From: Phoronis australis
Lineage: Eukaryota > Animalia > Phoronida
Reading direction: 5' to 3'
DNA: 64,000 bases
Assembly (NCBI GenBank): GCA_002633005.1
Contig: NMRA01000108.1
Location: forward strand, 539,006 to 603,005
Positions 60,993 through 64,000 of the stretch are shown here, one piece after another. The notes beneath the pieces were generated by a model that saw only the letters and a program-made list of their open reading frames with translations, was not told the origin of the DNA and ran no database searches. How positions within the stretch are numbered: the first letter of the stretch is position 1; each line of letters opens with the position of its first letter. Position numbers and translations under genes: made by a program.

Positions 60993-63507
60993 AGATAGGC
61001 ACTTTATATTGTGGTGTGTGAGGTAGTCTGTAGTTTTATTACTTTGAATTATGGGATATTCTTCTACTTGCCACTAGGTGGCTGGACAATTGTAATGAGT
61101 TATGGTGGGGTGATTTCCCACAATCCATTATGCATTCAACATCTGCCTCAGTCTGTTACGAGAAAGAATGTTCAGACACAGGTGTGTTAATTAGTGGATT
61201 TTGGGAGATTCGTCCTGTCAAAAATCTGTCTGGCTCATATTTAAACAAGTCTAGTTGTCATGTTTCTGGGGACTGGTCAGAAAACTGTACCTACTTCATA
61301 TTTGAGACAGCGTGATCAGTAGAAAGTCAGGACATGTTACCAAGATCAAACATAAGGATAGATGGCAGTAGCGCATATTGGCACTGTACCAAATTTTGCA
61401 TTAGCGAGCTAATGGTGAAAGGTTAGATTATTCCTTATGTCTGAATCAGTTGTACTTTGGAAATTAGTTGTTGCCAATTTACAATTCTATGGTTATCTTG
61501 ACATAAATTCCGTGAATTACATTGAACTACTAGTTGGAATCTACCTCACATGTTGTAGTTATGTGGAAACTACATTTTACTATTTGGTTTTAATTAATCA
61601 AAACAATTATGGAAACTCACCATTTATTTTAATGTTTTGGAGCTGCAATTGTTAACTAGTCACAGTTTTAGTCTGAATATCAAAATACGGCCCTTGCAAC
61701 AGTTTTCTGCTTCGTGTTTTTCTCTAGATCCTGGTCACGTTCTCAAACGAGTTCTCTGAAGTATGTAAGAAAATTTCAGGTATTAAAATCAAATTTGCAC
61801 TGCAGGTTTCAAACACTGCCCGGCGCCCATCCTTGAATTTCAGTTTTGATTTTATGAACGCGTGTGTTTTTAGGAAAATTTTAATTGTTAAAAATTCATC
61901 TGAACAAATTGTACAATTGTGGCATTACAAAAGGTTTTATTTGTTACTGTTGATGTGTTATGGATTTCTTGGTCTTTTATATTTTGTTTAAGGCAGTGCA
62001 AAAATGGTTGCGAACAAACAATTTTAATTTATAGATGTTTGGCCAGTGAATTTTTGTACCGGTAACTATTCATTTATTAGTATCACTAGACAGAATGTGT
62101 TTTTTGTTAACTTTCAGGTCAGCAGTAATGTGTAATCATAGTAAAAGAAATGAAATGTTATAGGCAACATTTAATTCCGATTTATTTACTATTCAGATCC
62201 AATGGTAATAAATTACTACAACCTTTTGAAACAGAAAATGAAAATCATCAACTGGTAACACCTTGGCACAATGTAAAACAAGGCTCTAGAAATATTCTAC
62301 CAAAAATACACCGTACTTGGTTTTTGTTGATTTTCAAAAACACTGTCAAAAATGGACGGATAAAATGATTCAGTTTCCAGACATTATAGTCATCACCATT
62401 CATTAATTGCTTACTCACTTCTCCAGTATATTTATCAAACAAGTATTTGTATTTGATGAACACTTCCTAGTGCTTTTATTTGTTGTTAACCATGCAACAG
62501 AGACTATAAACGAGTTGCTTCTGTGAGCACTAGTTTGATATGACCTATGCCCATGTCACAATCACTAAGTTGTGTATTCCTCAGAACAAAGCTCAAAACA
62601 TCAGCAACCTACATCTCTCAAAAATGACTACAGCTCATCTGTCTCTCACTAACAGGGTGCTGAGTGTGAATGAAACTAAATTAACCAAGTAAACTCATCA
62701 ATGAGCAGTTTTGTTACTTCATGCACGACAGTTAATATTTGTATGTTGAGCTGGTCGACTGCTTCTCAACAAAGTTAAAGAGAGGATGGAACCAGCGGAT
62801 ACAAACTTAGATTTCTTTAGCTGAGTTAAGCAGAACTGCATATTGTGATTTTCAATCTTTTATAAGAGATATTGCATTCTACAAAGTTAACCTAGTCAAC
62901 TTACAAAAAAAACCCAGCAAATTAGCAACTCCTTTCGTAGAACAACGAGAGATACAACCCATTATGCTCTCAACAAACCAATCCCACTTACTAATTTGCA
63001 AATGGCTGACAGAGGGTATGGTCACACAGAAATTATTTCTGCCTCCACTTGTCCCAAAAGCAACATGTTGATTCACAAATTAATAACTTCGGTATTTACT
63101 TCATACTCTTTTGACAAAACTCTTAACTTCAATACCCAGACCATGGATCTGTTCACAATTTTAACTGTCCATCTCCAGCCCCAGGAGAGTATGCAAAACG
63201 TACAATCAGCTGTTAACGCACAGGCATCACCAATGCTTATCAGTGACGCGACATTCACTCTCTTTGCCAAGTACTCATCGCCTGGGTAAAGTTTGAGACG
63301 AGAGCACCTATCGACCCTCATCCCACACATTATACGGGAATGATTAACTACTTCTCCACCAGGTGGCTCTTAATCACATAGTGTTGCTGTGTCGGTGCTG
63401 CCTGCTGTAACTGTGTAAACATTGTCAGCACACCAAACCAAGATCATCTCTTTTGATGGACGTCACATCCTTCACCAAAGCAAACACGACATATGCCACA
63501 CTACCAT

Positions 63508-63644
63508 TTACATGGCATTTTGAAAGAAGTCCACTAGAGTTGGCAGGTCATAGTTGTCCAGACATTCCAGCAACACAGGCACTTTGCTCTTGACATTTTG
63601 ACCTTTAAACTTGAACTTGTCAATAAATAGGTCAGTGATCATAC
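63508..63644 (-). CDS. Probable terminal coding exon of an unidentified convergent gene extending beyond the window
   Basis: Minus-strand acceptor ttcaactttttcccag (AG at 63646-63645), then [45 protein letters not shown]; protein-like composition; minus-strand AATAAA at 62480-62475. Family not recognised. Confidence 0.6.
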
Positions 63645-64000
63645 CTGGGAAAAAGTTGAATGAAGAAATATTATAATTACCGTGAACTGCAAAACGGTGA
63701 ATTTCACAAACGCTGACTACTGTCTTATTTAATGGCAACTGTAAATAAGGAATGCAAGGCAAAAATGTTCGACTTGCTAGGAAATGTTTTAAAAGTATGA
63801 TGCATAGTTTCGAATTGCAGTGGTACCCAACAAAAATCTTTTACAAACTGAGGTTATTAAAACTGGACATAGTGTGCAGTCACTTAGTCAGGTTTTTACC
63901 TCAACTGGAACAGAGAACATTGCAACTACAAAAGCATTCCAACACTATCTAATCAAATTAATTCTCAATGCAATTTACATGTGCAATTTCCATACATTAC

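Overview
Intron-rich invertebrate-type metazoan genomic DNA from a draft assembly (N gaps at 733-750, 31964-32569 and 54815); not prokaryotic, so most six-frame ORFs are noise. Three spliced genes are supported. (1) The last three exons of a cytochrome P450 on + (1706-1868, 5078-5322, 5927-6181) that align almost without gaps to vertebrate aromatase CYP19A1 exons 8-10 with the same intron positions and phases, but with a non-canonical I-helix (AGTDT instead of AAPDT). (2) A complete 13-exon NT5DC2/3-type HAD 5'-nucleotidase gene on + (45204-60992, ~520 aa) with a GC-AG last intron, decoy acceptors before exon 12 and a probably artefactual 576-bp duplication of exons 7-8. (3) A probable terminal exon of an unidentified convergent gene on - (63508-63644). 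The ~39-kb interval between the P450 and NT5DC is rich in MITEs and TE debris. It also holds two paralogous short first exons encoding Lys-rich microproteins (MSV[L/V]LTAA..., at 12284 and 19340), Penelope-type minimal hammerhead ribozyme motifs (24199, 38191), a decayed LINE RT and several CTCF-like motifs. Comparisons with human proteins are by-eye alignments to recalled sequences; no searches were run.
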